From NCBI GenBank assembly GCA_965644295.1, contig CBFFRP010000210.1, positions 124,001 through 188,000 of the forward strand: 64,000 nt of DNA, written 5' to 3'. The DNA is from Paraphysomonas bandaiensis. Taxonomy: Eukaryota; Protista; Chrysophyceae. Below are positions 1 through 13,435 of this stretch, piece after piece (the stretch's first letter is position 1; each line of letters opens with the position of its first letter). The notes under the pieces were generated by a model. The model was not told the DNA's origin, ran no database searches, and saw only the letters and a program-made list of their open reading frames with translations. The position numbers and the translations under genes are program-made.

Positions 1-525
1 ATGCCCTTAAATTCTAGTTCGCTGTAAAGTCTTCATGATAAAGCATAATGATATATATACAATGCCATCTATCTTCAGCTCATCTATCTCCCTCCATTGT
101 TTCATTCTCTTTGGATATCTTTGCAAATGGACTGCTGCAGAAGAGCTTCATGTAAACACTTTTTGTCTTATGCCTCATCCCTTGATTACTCTATCTGAAA
201 CTCTTTCAAAAGATATCGAATGACGATTCATCCAGGGGACAGTCTTCATCTAGTAGGGGTGTATGATTGTAACGAGCACTTCATGATAATGGGATTGTGT
301 GGTCCCCACTGTGGTCATTATTTGGGTGAACTTCCTGCATCATTACAGCATAAAATTGATGAAATTAAGTTTCTACAGTGGGCAGAGCAACACAAGAGAA
401 TGTTCCGAATAGTTTTAATATGAAGATATGCTCATTGGGATGTGGTTATGTAGATATGAAGAGCCCGCCATCCCCATTCGATCATAAGAAGGAGAATATT
501 CACGTATACATACACAACGAGAACC

Positions 526-600
526 GGGTGCTCCCCTCCGGTGTGGGTGCTGCCCCTCCGGTGTGGGTGCTGCCCCTCCGGTGTGGGTGCTGCCCCTCCG
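526..600. repeat. 20-bp GC-rich minisatellite (GTGTGGGTGCTGCCCCTCCG), ~3.7 copies
   Basis: Three exact units at 541-600 and a partial, degenerate unit before them. Confidence 0.9.
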
Positions 601-1266
601 ATGTTGGTATACAGTCAGCTCGCGTTAAGATAGCAGATATATGGTGACGAATCTCGTTTTGATAGCGGAATTTTGCTTGGTACGGGATTTTCTGCAAAAA
701 AACCTATTTTTTGTAGAAATACCTATTTTTTGTTTAAAACCCTGCTTTTTATGATTTTAATGTGGAAAACCTTATTTTTGGTGATATTTATGATATATCA
801 TATACGGGATACGTGCAGAGAGTACAATAGACATGAATGCATCATTCATTACATATACTTACATTACTTCATCTGCTGTATGTGGCGATGTCAGAGAAGT
901 GCAGCATTGGTACCAAGCGCAAGAAATCGTTGAGTTGTAGCATGTAGCATATACGTAGTGTATGTAGGAATACAGCAGCAGACAGTGTATACCATCTACT
1001 GTATACCATCTACTGTATACCATACGTATAAGGACGCATATGACGATCTTATGTTCGTAGATTGAACCCCAGCAGATACACGCCAACATACATACACAGC
1101 AGAGCAGAGCAGCATATACACTCAGATGGTATGTACAAGAGACATTGGAGTAATAGAGGGATAGAAGAGGGTACATCAGTGTATACTTTACGACAAGACA
1201 CTGATAGGAAGGCTTTCATATGGTGTTAGACCGTATCAACATATAGCTGCATATACATAGTGAACT

Positions 1267-1932
1267 ATGAAACAAACTACGCATATTATAGTCCGACAAA
1301 GAGTTGTTAAAGCTGATGAGATCATTCAAGTCAACAATGGTGTTGATCCTGAACTATTATTGAAAACATTGAGAGGTATAGATCACAGATACATTAAAGA
1401 GAAAGGCGATAGTGTACGTGCGATGATAATAAGGAGAATGTTTGAAGAGATATGTTATCCTCCTATAGATTTTGTAGGATTAACTGATTGGTTTGATGAC
1501 ACATTGCACATATCTCTTCCAACAGGTGAGTTGAGAAATCTTCTTAAATATATTGGGTTATACAAACCATTGGAGTATCAGCAACCGAAGGATGCACTTG
1601 CTCATTTTTTAAAGGAGTGTGACCTAACTCCACCGACTCCACTTACACAGGTCGCCTGGTTAGATGAAATAATTTCTCTAGAGAGATACCGCGTTGCATG
1701 CCAAATAAATCCTCATGGAGAGCCACCACCTACAGCTAGTATCAAGGTGAGAACTGAGGAGCCGAAAATGTCTAGAGTGCTTAGCTTCATCGGAAGTATG
1801 TGGATAAAAGGCTCCTCGTCATCACTTGTTCGAAGAACCAATAATTCTAAGAAGTCTACGAGCCTTAAAGCCAAAGTACATGTCACCACTGTCGCTGGGT
1901 CAAGGAGAAGGGGACGAAGAGGCACCGTATAG
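1267..1932 (+). CDS. Hypothetical 221-aa protein, basic C-terminal tail
   Basis: Uninterrupted ATG-TAG ORF with plausible composition. No recognisable motif. Confidence 0.45.
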   Translation: MKQTTHIIVRQRVVKADEIIQVNNGVDPELLLKTLRGIDHRYIKEKGDSVRAMIIRRMFEEICYPPIDFVGLTDWFDDTLHISLPTGELRNLLKYIGLYKPLEYQQPKDALAHFLKECDLTPPTPLTQVAWLDEIISLERYRVACQINPHGEPPPTASIKVRTEEPKMSRVLSFIGSMWIKGSSSSLVRRTNNSKKSTSLKAKVHVTTVAGSRRRGRRGTV

Positions 1933-2330
1933 CAATCATACAATCGACTTCTGTGTCAATCACTATGTGATATAACAAAGTTATTGTTGTTCTCTACGTG
2001 TAAATGTTTGATTTCTATGTTCATACATTTTTTTTCAAGTTTATTGTTTCATATATATACGTATTATACCCATGTTAAATACATGTAATGCATTATAGTC
2101 AGTTGGACATGTAGTATTGTAGTATTCTCACAATGAATGTTCCCCAGTATTGATGTACCACCATTGTCAGGTTCATGGCTTAATACATCAACTATGGAGC
2201 TTAATACCAAGTTAGTTTGGTCGGAATCGAATGATGGAAATCGTTTCTGGATGTAGAATTACTCAAGTCTAGAAGAGATCATGAAAGTAGTGTACGACTG
2301 CAAGGAAACAAAAGGCATTACGAAGAGTGT

Positions 2331-3204
2331 TGTAATAACCAGCCATATCTGGTTATTTTATGCTACATGAGCTCTCTATTGTATATGTTTAAGTTTGTAC
2401 ATACTATCTGGACAACATAGATTGAATATTATTATTATTACCATATCTCACATTAAGCTATATATGATATATTATGAATATGACAATTTATGCTTATCAT
2501 TGATACTTATATATCTATTCAAAAGACAAAGAAAGGCAGGATTACCAATAATGAAGTTCAATGATGAAGATATTATGATTGATGATTTATATGTATATGT
2601 TCTTATTATATATATATATTAATGCTTAAGGCTGGAGAAGTTTACTGGAGAATTCCGGGTTTGATATCCACGCTGATAGACGTGTATTGCCAGATTATCC
2701 AGTAATACAGTTGTACTTATGTATTTCATTAGGTACTTATTGTTTATTGAACTGTACTTGGAAGTACGTATACAAGGCTTCAACTACAATGAGAATACTG
2801 AATGTATCTTCCCTTATGCATTGATGATGAATCAGTTGTGATCAGGCTGAGCTATTAGTAATGTATATGGATGAAGGTCATTCCTGGAGGCCTTCCTCTG
2901 GCCTGGGAATCATATGTATATATTGATTGTTGATAATAAGATGCAATTTCTGTACTCTGGAAGTTGCTTGTAGATAGTATTGTAGTTGTAGTCATATTCA
3001 TTGTTAGTTATCTATTAGTACCATGGAGGGAGAACCTAAAATGGAGGTTCATGACTCTAGTCTGTCTCATTTAGCTCTGAGAAGGATCAGAGCAATGATT
3101 ATTGAAGAACAACAGTCGATATCGAGTGCTGATCAGCAGCGCGTCAGAGATATTGGACTCGTTATTGGTTTAGTTGAGCCAGGGTCAGAGACGCTGGTAT
3201 CACA
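2331..3204 (+). repeat. LTR1 (874 bp) of the tandem element, with TATA-like box at 2917-2923 and the truncated gag start at 3023
   Basis: TG...CA termini. Appears identical by eye to LTR4 (6067-6940). Confidence 0.9.
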
Positions 3205-3209
3205 TTTTT

Positions 3210-3220
3210 TACAGAAATTG
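3210..3220 (+). promoter_or_regulatory. Putative self-priming PBS TACAGAAATTG
   Basis: Exact reverse complement of LTR nt 2944-2954 (CAATTTCTGTA). No TGG tRNA-type PBS after the LTR. Confidence 0.75.
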
Positions 3221-6200
3221 ATTCTCGTGTGGACCGAGGTAACGATCTCGATGAGCGAGCAATTCAACAGGATATCGACAGTTTAGTCACAACTGTTCCA
3301 GAACTGGTGGAACATTCGAGTAGCCCGGTGGAGGTTTTGTTAGCCCAAGCCTCTCGTAATCGGTTAGAATGTAATCCAACCATTGAGGGCCCAGGATGAT
3401 TTATGTTCAATTGATGGAGATGCGACAGGTGATAGTCCAGTACATATGGACCCCTTGCAAGCCAGAGAACATAGTAACAAGAATGCTGAATGAAGGAGTG
3501 TCGTCATATATACCCTCACCTCATGCAGGGAATGTGGCACATACACATTCCATTTCAGGAAGATAGGATGTCTACAACACCGATAGACAATACCAACCAG
3601 GAAACATAGAAGACCAGCTGCACGCGTTCAAATTAGTGATTATGATGTACCCTACACAATGAAGAACCATACCAAATTTAAGGCCATTCTACAGGCGAAA
3701 TTTGAAGGTCCATATGAAGTAGGAAACTACACACTAGGTTCGCAGTGAACTTCGTTCCGCATACTGGCGTATGCGACTGCTGGAGGGGGTAGTGTAATAA
3801 CCAGCCATATCTGGTTATTTTATGCTACATGAGCTCTCTATTGTATATGCTTAACTTTGTACATACTATATGTGTAACATAGGTTGATTATTATTATTAT
3901 TGCCATATTTCACAGTAGGATATATATGATATATTATGACTATATGACAATTCATGCTTATCATTGATATTTACATAATCATTCAAAAGACAAAGAAAGA
4001 CAGGATTACCAATAATGAAGTTCAATGATGAAGATATTATGATTGATGATTTATATATATATGTTCTTATTATATATATATATTAATGCTTAAGGCTGGA
4101 GAAGTTTACTGGAGAATTCCGGGTTTGATATCCATGCTGATAGACGTGTATTGCCAGATTATCCAGTAATACAGTTGTACTTATGTATTTCATTAGGTAC
4201 TTATTGTTTATTGAACTGTACTTGGAAGTACGTATACAAGGCTTCAACTACAATGAGAATACTGAATGTATCTTCCCTTATGCATTGATGATGAATCAGT
4301 TGTGATCAGGCTGAGTTATTAGTGATGTATATGGGAATGTGGCACATACACATTCCATTTCAGGAAGATAGGATGTCTACAACACCGATAGACAATACCA
4401 ACCAGGAAACATAGAAGACCAGCTGCACGCGTTCAAATTAGTGATTATGATGTACCCTACACAATGAAGAACCATACCAAATTTAAGGCCATTCTACAGG
4501 CGAAATTTGAAGGTCCATATGAAGTAGGAAACTACACACTAGGTTCGCAGTGAACTTCGTTCCGCATACTGGCGTATGCGACTGCTGGAGGGGGTAGTGT
4601 AATAACCAGCCATATCTGGTTATTTTATGCTACATGAGCTCTCTATTGTATATGCTTAACTTTGTACATACTATATGTGTAACATAGGTTGATTATTATT
4701 ATTATTGCCATATTTCACAGTAGGATATATATGATATATTATGACTATATGACAATTCATGCTTATCATTGATATTTACATAATCATTCAAAAGACAAAG
4801 AAAGACAGGATTACCAATAATGAAGTTCAATGATGAAGATATTATGATTGATGATTTATATATATATGTTCTTATTATATATATATATTAATGCTTAAGG
4901 CTGGAGAAGTTTACTGGAGAATTCCGGGTTTGATATCCACGCTGATAGACGTGTATTGCCAGATTATCCAGTAATACAGTTGTACTTATGTATTTCATTA
5001 GGTACTTATTGTTTATTGAACTGTACTTGGAAGTACGTATACAAGGCTTCAACTACAATGAGAATACTGAATGTATCTTCCCTTATGCATTGATGATGAA
5101 TCAGTTGTGATCAGGCTGAGTTATTAGTGATGTATATGGATGAAGGTCATTCCTGGAGGCCTTCCTCTGGCCTGGGAATCATATGTACATATTGATTGTT
5201 GATAATAAGATGCAATTTCTGTACTCTGGAAGTTGCTTGTAGATAGTATTGTAGTTGTAGTCATATTCATTGTTAGTTATCTATTAGTACCATGGAGGGA
5301 GGACCTGAAATGGAGGTTCATGACTCTAGTCTGTTTCATTTAGCTCTGAGAAGGATCAGAGCAATGATTATTGAAGAACAACAGTCAATATCGAGTGCTG
5401 ATGAGCAGCGCGTCAGAGATATTGAACTCGTTATTGGTTTAGTTGAGCCAGGGTCAGAGACGCTGGTATCACATTTTTTACAGAAATTGATTCTCGTGTG
5501 GACCGGGGTAACGATCTCGATGAGCGAGCAATTCAACAGGATATCGACAGTTTAGTCACAACTGTTCCAGAACTGGTGGAACATTCGAGTAGCCCGGTGG
5601 AGGTTTTGTTAGCCCAAGCCTCTCGTAATCGGTTAGAATGTAATCCAACCATTGAGGGCCCAGGATGATTTATGTTCAATTGATGGAGATGCGACAGGTG
5701 ATAGTCCAGTACATATGGACCCCTTGCAAGCCAGAGAACATAGTACCAAGAATGCTGAAGTGAAGGAGTGTCGTCATATACCCTCACCTCATGCAGGGAA
5801 TGAAGAACTCAATGCTCCACATTCCACTTCAGGAAGATAGGATGTCTACAACACCGATAGACAATACCAACCAGGAAACATAGAAGCCCAGCTGCACGCG
5901 TTCAAATTAGTGATTATGATGTACCCTACACAATGAAGAACCATACCAAATTTAAGGCCATTCTACAGGCGAAATTTGAAGGTCCATATGAAGTAGGAAA
6001 CTACACACTAGGTTCGCAGTGAACTTCGTTCCGCATACTGGCGTATGCGACTGCTGGAGGGGGTAGTGTAATAACCAGCCATATCTGGTTATTTTATGCT
6101 ACATGAGCTCTCTATTGTATATGTTTAAGTTTGTACATACTATCTGGACAACATAGATTGAATATTATTATTATTACCATATCTCACATTAAGCTATATA

Positions 6201-8124
6201 TGATATATTATGAATATGACAATTTATGCTTATCATTGATACTTATATATCTATTCAAAAGACAAAGAAAGGCAGGATTACCAATAATGAAGTTCAATGA
6301 TGAAGATATTATGATTGATGATTTATATGTATATGTTCTTATTATATATATATATTAATGCTTAAGGCTGGAGAAGTTTACTGGAGAATTCCGGGTTTGA
6401 TATCCACGCTGATAGACGTGTATTGCCAGATTATCCAGTAATACAGTTGTACTTATGTATTTCATTAGGTACTTATTGTTTATTGAACTGTACTTGGAAG
6501 TACGTATACAAGGCTTCAACTACAATGAGAATACTGAATGTATCTTCCCTTATGCATTGATGATGAATCAGTTGTGATCAGGCTGAGCTATTAGTAATGT
6601 ATATGGATGAAGGTCATTCCTGGAGGCCTTCCTCTGGCCTGGGAATCATATGTATATATTGATTGTTGATAATAAGATGCAATTTCTGTACTCTGGAAGT
6701 TGCTTGTAGATAGTATTGTAGTTGTAGTCATATTCATTGTTAGTTATCTATTAGTACCATGGAGGGAGAACCTAAAATGGAGGTTCATGACTCTAGTCTG
6801 TCTCATTTAGCTCTGAGAAGGATCAGAGCAATGATTATTGAAGAACAACAGTCGATATCGAGTGCTGATCAGCAGCGCGTCAGAGATATTGGACTCGTTA
6901 TTGGTTTAGTTGAGCCAGGGTCAGAGACGCTGGTATCACAGTGTATAGTCAATGTAGTGTGTGCATAAGACTTTCTTCCATTGATGAAGGAGTAGAGGTC
7001 ACAGATTTCAGCACTGTAATAACTTCGGGGTTCGTGTTCAGGGTGTAGGGTGACAGAGTACTCGGCTATTCTGAAGTTGTTTGCTGTCGTTGCAAGGAGT
7101 TCGTAGTTCACCTGGGACTATGGACTATATTTAGCATTCTAGTATTTGCTTTATTAAATAGCAATTCTTGAGACTGTACTGGATCATGCCACTTCTCTAT
7201 GGCACTGCTTTACCTTGATGCTTCTCACTGTGTTTGGTGACATATCCTTTGTGCTCCTCGCTCTTGATGGTGTTATGTTACACCAAAACTTCAGATAGGA
7301 ACTAAACACTATAAACCAGAACTCTTTTTTTTCATGGCTTTGTTATCCGTGTATTATAGAAATTTGGTAGCTTTTCTATTTCTGGTTTCTGGGCAACAGC
7401 GATTGTCCAGCAAGAATATGTTCGCGTTTGTGCTCTAGCTTGACTACATACACATGCATGCGTTTGCTGCAAATTAACGACAAATCTTGATATATGCTAA
7501 ATTTCACCTAATCTTATAGTTCATTACAGTACACCATCTAGTTCTCATTATTGCTTGCGCATGTAACAGAAAAGCAATAACTGTACCCCAATGAATGAAC
7601 TGATTATTACTCAACAGCCCAATAGTACTCCAGCTACACACTCTACTACTCTAGTCTCTAGTACCACTACTTATTACCTGACACTAGCCCGGAGTCTCTG
7701 GAGCTTAAAGCCATTTCTGATACATTATTTCTCTTTTTACCACGACTGAGAGCATTGCTCAGTAAGTCGAGCATATCCACTACCTCACCTGCATGGTCTT
7801 CTTTTTCCATTTCAAACACGGTTTCATGCTGTAAATCAGCACATGAATCAACGACCTACTCGGACTGAACTTTCACTGCGCATTTCAAATGCTTTTCTCC
7901 CCTCCAATCTAATAGGCATTCTGCTTGCTTGCGTCATCTTCAATAACCTCGAGACATACACTCTCCGCTTTTCTACAGGTCACGGGAACCCACTTGTCAC
8001 GCTCATTTTGTCGATAATGAGGCATAAACCTTCACAATAGCTCTCCCGCATAGTAATGAAGCTTGCTATACGAACTCACAGTTAATAATGGCACGTTTCA
8101 CTGTGTATTCGCTCTCTCAAATTC

Positions 8125-8294
8125 CTTCTGTGGGAATAAGTCGATCCAGCGGAATATGTCGATCCAGCAAAAAAATCGACCTTTTTTCGTTATTTCTCTG
8201 AAATATATTCGTCAAAAAACAACATGCATAAAAAAAGCCTGGATTTTTTTGCTGGATCGACATATTCTGCTGGATCTTATATTCCCACACACAG
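8125..8294. mobile_element. MITE-like fold-back element (second partial copy at 51606-51718)
   Basis: Imperfect TIR CTGTGGGAAT...ATTCCCACAC, internal inverted GTCGATCCAGC/GCTGGATCGAC, and a dispersed near-identical copy. Confidence 0.7.
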
Positions 8295-9204
8295 AATTGT
8301 TGCCTTATTGGAATTCCAAGACATCACTATCTGAGTGCGTGGCATTCGCTACTTCAAAATTGAAGTTGCGGTTTCTGCAGCACAACATCAAGATTTCAGC
8401 TGGATGATGGTATCTTGTTCCCTCAAACCATCCCTATCTGCTCCTTGGAGTTCCAAAACGCTGTTCATATACCAGTGCCTGCCCATACTTCAATGTTCTG
8501 TTCGACGTCACACTTTAGTCAGCCGCATTTGCGATTACTATACAATCACAACTTCACTGCAATCAAGTCAGAGTTATCATCACGACTAAGATTCGTGTCC
8601 TCACAGTGAGTGTTGCCTGGAGTGATACTTCTTTATTGGCATGCTCCATTTCTGATTGGCTTCTGCGGTATGTTTTTTTGGACAAGACGATGAAAAACGA
8701 CGCTTTTGTTCTCGTTAGCGCGAAGGGCATCCCAGTAGAGCTCATAGAACTCCCATACATACACTCGTATCCAGAATATACTCCAGAGCGCAAGTAAAAC
8801 TCCCTTGCCTGACAATCCTGGAGTTTTACTTGCGCTCTGGAGCTTGAGGAAGATTTTACTCCCTTGCCTGACGATCCTGCAGAGTGTTCGATCATGGAAG
8901 ACCGCAGTCCTGATCCCTTCTATCAGACATTGCATGCTCTTACTTGTCCAGATACACTGGATGAAATGATTCGTTACTAATATTCGCCGCAAGGGAATGG
9001 ATACTTTAAACGAGCAGCAGCATGTGGCAGCTCGAACAGCCGAACTGGAGACATCACGGTATCATGACCAGCTCACTGAAACCAATTCATTTCCGTCGGC
9101 TGACTTAACACTGCTTCCTGCATCGTTTGTTTCTACTTATTTAGTAATATTTTTTGCTATCTGTTCCTTAGTCTTAGTTTGTTTCATTTTTACCATTAAC
9201 TAAC

Positions 9205-9480
9205 ATTCGATACAACGTAACTTTTACTTACATAACCTTTCGACACTTAGTAACACTTACTTCTATTCACACTTAGTAACAACTTAGTAACACTATATTC
9301 GATACAACGTAACTTTTACTTACATAACCTTTCGACACTTAGTAACACTTACTTCTATTCACACTTAGTAACAACTTAGTAACACTATATTCGATACAAC
9401 GTAACTTTTACTTACATAACCTTTCGACACTTAGTAACACTTACTTCTATTCACACTTAGTAACAACTTAGTAACACTAT
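9205..9480. repeat. 92-bp tandem repeat x3 (again at ~10547-10777)
   Basis: ATTCGATACAACG recurs at 9205, 9297 and 9389. Confidence 0.92.
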
Positions 9481-9921
9481 ATTAGTTGTCTAGCTACTAA
9501 CAGGTGGCTATTGCTACTAATAAGGCTTTAAAATGTATTAATATAGTTACGATGTGCTGTTGTCATTTATATTTATTTCAGTCTATTTCTAAGTATTTCA
9601 ATTTTCCGAGTGTTTTGTTTTTAAGTATTTCGTGCAGGGATATAGGGAAAAATATATTGCAATACTATTGTTAGATTGCGTTCCATCAATAGTACTGATG
9701 GAGTTTTTAAAGCGGCCTTACAATACTATTGCAATAAATTAGTATGACTAATCAGTAAGTAAACACATCCGTAGTTTCCATTTTTAGTACTTCTCATTAT
9801 AAGTTCTAAGAAGGTCACTTGATAATTGATAATCAACCCACTATATTCTTAACTAATTAAAAGTTTCCTCATACTCATCCTCTGAACTCTAAGCCATCAT
9901 CAGTGATATCATCGCCATATT

Positions 9922-10143
9922 CATACATACATACATACATACATACATACATACATACATACATACATACATACATACATACATACATACATACATACAT
10001 ACATACATACATACATACATACATACATACATACATACATACATACATACATACATACATACATACATACATACATACATACATACATACATACATACAT
10101 ACATACATACATACATACATACATACATACATACATACATACA

Positions 10144-10173
<30 letters not shown>
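9922..10173. repeat. (CATA)n microsatellite, ~63 units
   Basis: Directly visible perfect tetranucleotide tract. Confidence 0.98.
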
Positions 10174-10174
<1 letters not shown>

Positions 10175-10307
10175 GGATATACCGCAAAGTACATGGTTAT
10201 ACACACAAAATCTCCACTCTCTGTTCGCATACATACACATACGTATCAAGCATCAGTGGTATCCGAGTCACTAATTCTCCATAAAAAAGTGATATCAACC
10301 CTTAAAC

Positions 10308-10546
10308 ATGGCATCGTTCGGTAAAGGTGATGTAGTTATTATTGGGGCTGGTTTGGTGGGGTCGCTATTAGCATATTTACTCCAGAAGAAGGGCTTCAGA
10401 GTGTCTGTGTTTGAGAGGTATCAGGATATCAGACAGATCCCCAGTCTCGGCAGGTCCATTAATTTAGTTATTACTAAACGTGGTCTGAGGGCTGTGGATT
10501 GTTTTGGTGAGGAAGGATTACGTGATGAAATACTCGCCTTAGCTGG
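10308..10546 (+). pseudogene. KMO: 5' fragment of a kynurenine 3-monooxygenase-like FAD monooxygenase
   Basis: VVIIGAGLVG Rossmann motif, VFER, and GRSINLVITKRGLRA (KMO signature GRSINLxxxxRG). Truncated where the 92-bp repeat begins. Confidence 0.8.
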
Positions 10547-10930
10547 CGACACTTACTTCTATTCACACTTAGTAACAACATAGTAACACTATATTCGATA
10601 CAACGTAACTTTTACTTACATAACCTTTCGACACTTAGTAACACTTACTTCTATTCACACTTAGTAACAACTTAGTAACACTATATTCGATACAACGTAA
10701 CTTTTACTTACATAACCTTTCGACACTTAGTAACACTTACTTCTATTCACACTTAGTAACAACTTAGTAACACTATATTAGTTGTCTAGCTACTAACAGG
10801 TGGCTATTGCTACTAATAAGGCTTTAAAATGTATTAATATAGTTACGATGTGCTGTTGTCATTTATATTTATTTCAGTCTATTTCTAAGTATTTCAATTT
10901 TCCGAGTGTTTTGTTTTTAAGTATTTCGTG

Positions 10931-12808
10931 CAGGGATATAGGGAAAAATATATTGCAATACTATTGTTAGATTGCGTTCCATCAATAGTACTGATGGAGT
11001 TTTTAAAGCGGCCTTACAATACTATTGCAATAAATTAGTATGACTAATCAGTAAGTAAACACATCCGTAGTTTCCATTTTTAGTACTTCTCATTATAAGT
11101 TCTAAGAAGGTCACTTGATAATTGATAATCAACCCACTATATTCTTAACTAATTAAAAGTTTCCTCATACTCATCCTCTGAACTCTAAGCCATCATCAGT
11201 GATATCATCGCCATATTCATCCAATATTAATTGTATATGCTTACATTCGGCCACAACTGTTTGTTAGCTTTCAGAAACAACAGCATATTAAGTGTAGTAG
11301 GATGCATACGCTAACAGCACCTTTCTCAGATCTTGTCAATTCAAATTCTTCGCCTGCCAAATTCCATTCTCAAAATTCGGATCATTAACAATGAAACTGT
11401 TTTTCTTTAAAGCAGATAGTAGATACTTTGCCCCGAAGTCCCTCAATAAGACACCAAAAATGTCCGGGCATTTATAAAGATTCACTTGACTCGATCCTCC
11501 TGTTTGTCAACCAAACTCCAAAAACAGCGGTAAATGTCCCTACTTTTGTATGAATTCATGGTTCAGAGTTCAGATGTCTCTTCTTTTCACTAAATATGAC
11601 AGGGCTGCGTAACAATTAATTGCATATACATTGTATATGTTATTTTGCAATTAAATTGCAATTATTAGCTATATATCTCGCGCAATTATAATAGCAATTT
11701 AATTGTGCCAATTATTGTCTAATTAATTGCGATTTTTGACATTTTCTCTGCATTCCCTTTTCTGACGGCCATCATCAAAGTCCTCAAGTTGAGTAAAGAA
11801 CACCCTTGAAATGGATTCTGGTGTTAAGTTGTCAGACATTTCTAGTTAATGATACACACATATTGTAAATTATGATTATATAATCGAGTATAATATACTG
11901 CATATATTACATGACCAAAAACTTTAAACATCAAGTATTTCAACTGCATAAAACAGAAAAATTCCTGATAATCCATGTCCATACATCTGCACATCAGTTA
12001 GCAGTGCACTTTAATCCTGCAGTGTCTTGTAAGGCAGGCCAGGATCGGAAGTACATGATTGCCAAATTACTTATAGATAGATATCTTCAACAAGAACGGT
12101 AATACGCTATGGATCGAGCTGAACTTAGTCTTGTTGCTCAAGGTCAAGAGGAAAGACACATAATCGACCGTACAAAGAACACAGTACTTCTCTTAATGTA
12201 AAGATGTTTATAATGAGAGGGCAACCTCTTCCCACCATTTGAATAGCTGTTATAATAGCCATTAAGGGTGATGGCCATTACAAGGGCAATAAATGGCTAT
12301 TGACCTTATTGATTTCCAAGTTATCATTCTAATATTATGTCCTAGTACATATAGCAAATAATTGCCAATTAATTGCAACATTCCAGCAAGCAATTATAAT
12401 TGCAGTTATTATGTATGTTCCATGCAATGGAATTGCAATTAATTGTAATTGCAATTCAATTGGTGATTGTTACGCAGCCCTGCTATATGATATATATATC
12501 ATATTAAGAGAATTACTGTACATGTGTAGAGGTGTCTAATATATTGTTTGAGCTAGCGATCATAATAGAAAATAACATCAAAAAAAGGCTTTTTTCTTAT
12601 TTTCCGGATATTTAAGCACATAGGCGTATATTTTGCACCCAACAGTTGAGAATCTTTCTGTATATGACTGTCATAATATTGATTGCAATATACTGCAATA
12701 TATTGTGAGCCACTTCAACAGAAACAACATTGACGGAATATTTGACCAGTCCACCTATCAATATATTGTACAATGTATTGCAATACAATATATTGTTCCC
12801 TATCCTTG
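10931..12808 (-). mobile_element. Defective hAT DNA transposon
   Basis: Imperfect TIRs CAGGGATATAGGGAAAAATAT / ATATTGTTCCCTATCCTTG. Perfect 8-bp TSD ATTTCGTG at 10923-10930 and 12809-12816. Minus-strand remnant RMHPTTLNMLLFLKANKQLWP (~11248-11310) resembles the end of the hAT dimerisation domain. Confidence 0.85.
11600..12482. mobile_element. Non-autonomous hAT element nested in the previous one
   Basis: 17-bp perfect TIR CAGGGCTGCGTAACAAT, AATTGC subterminal repeats, and a degenerate 8-bp TSD (AAATATGA / CTATATGA). Confidence 0.8.
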
Positions 12809-13435
12809 ATTTCGTGAAATATTTTTCATTAAATTGATTAAATACTAGCAAGTTATATGTTTATAGGTGTCACACATTGGTTAATTAATTGTCTTCTTCC
12901 CAATCAAAATCTTCCATCTCGTCGTGACACTAATTATCATCACCTTTCCACTCCTCAAAGGCATCCGGAGGAATCAGTTGAGCAAGTACACGCTTGGTGT
13001 CTGTTTCAATTCCATTCCATGTGATAGAAGTGTACAACTCAGAACGAACATAGAACTCAACAGTCGAAGACTTGATGCAGGATAGTTCCTTCAGAACAGA
13101 TTGTCCAAGTAAGGCATGTGATCTTCATGCAATAGTGTGATTCAGAGATGATTCAAGTTTAACAATTTCAGCGGACCCGAAACGGTTCCGGAGATCCGGA
13201 GATTCTACGATGCATTGTGTATCGTACGAACATATGGAGAATCTCAAACTTTTAATCAGAAGTGATTCGGTATGTCCAACAATATCTTGACAAAGTTGAA
13301 CTTATATGAGAATAAAAGTACAACGGATCCATTGCTTCCGCCAATGCTAGCTATACACTGAATCAGAAGGATATTGCTGGAATAATGAATGCAGTCTCAT
13401 AGGCAACAAATCCTGAGCTAGTCAACCAGAACTTA

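Larger units (their letters stand above)
2331..6940 (+). mobile_element. Tandem-array non-autonomous Gypsy LTR retrotransposon (LTR-int-dLTR/int-LTR-int-LTR)
   Basis: LTR starts TGTAATAACC at 2331, 3793, 4598 and 6067. LTR ends TGGTATCACA at 3204, 5473 and 6940. PPT GGAGGGGGTAG precedes each inner LTR. 4-bp TSD GTGT at 2327-2330 and 6941-6944. The internal part retains a Gypsy integrase GPY/F remnant (ILQAKFEGPYEV, ~3686-3722). Confidence 0.93.

Noticed and set aside
7700-9070. Possible decayed coding sequence on the minus strand
   Set aside because: Many stops and no recognisable motif.
9205-9480. 92-bp tandem repeat as a CRISPR array
   Set aside because: Whole units are identical with no unique spacers, there are no cas genes, and the context is eukaryotic.
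9875-10274. ORFs of YVCM/HTYI repeats (also 13736-14006 and 21634-21909)
   Set aside because: Translations of stop-free tetranucleotide microsatellites.
12900-13400. Possible aspartyl-protease-like pseudogene (ALLGQ motif)
   Set aside because: Too degenerate to support.
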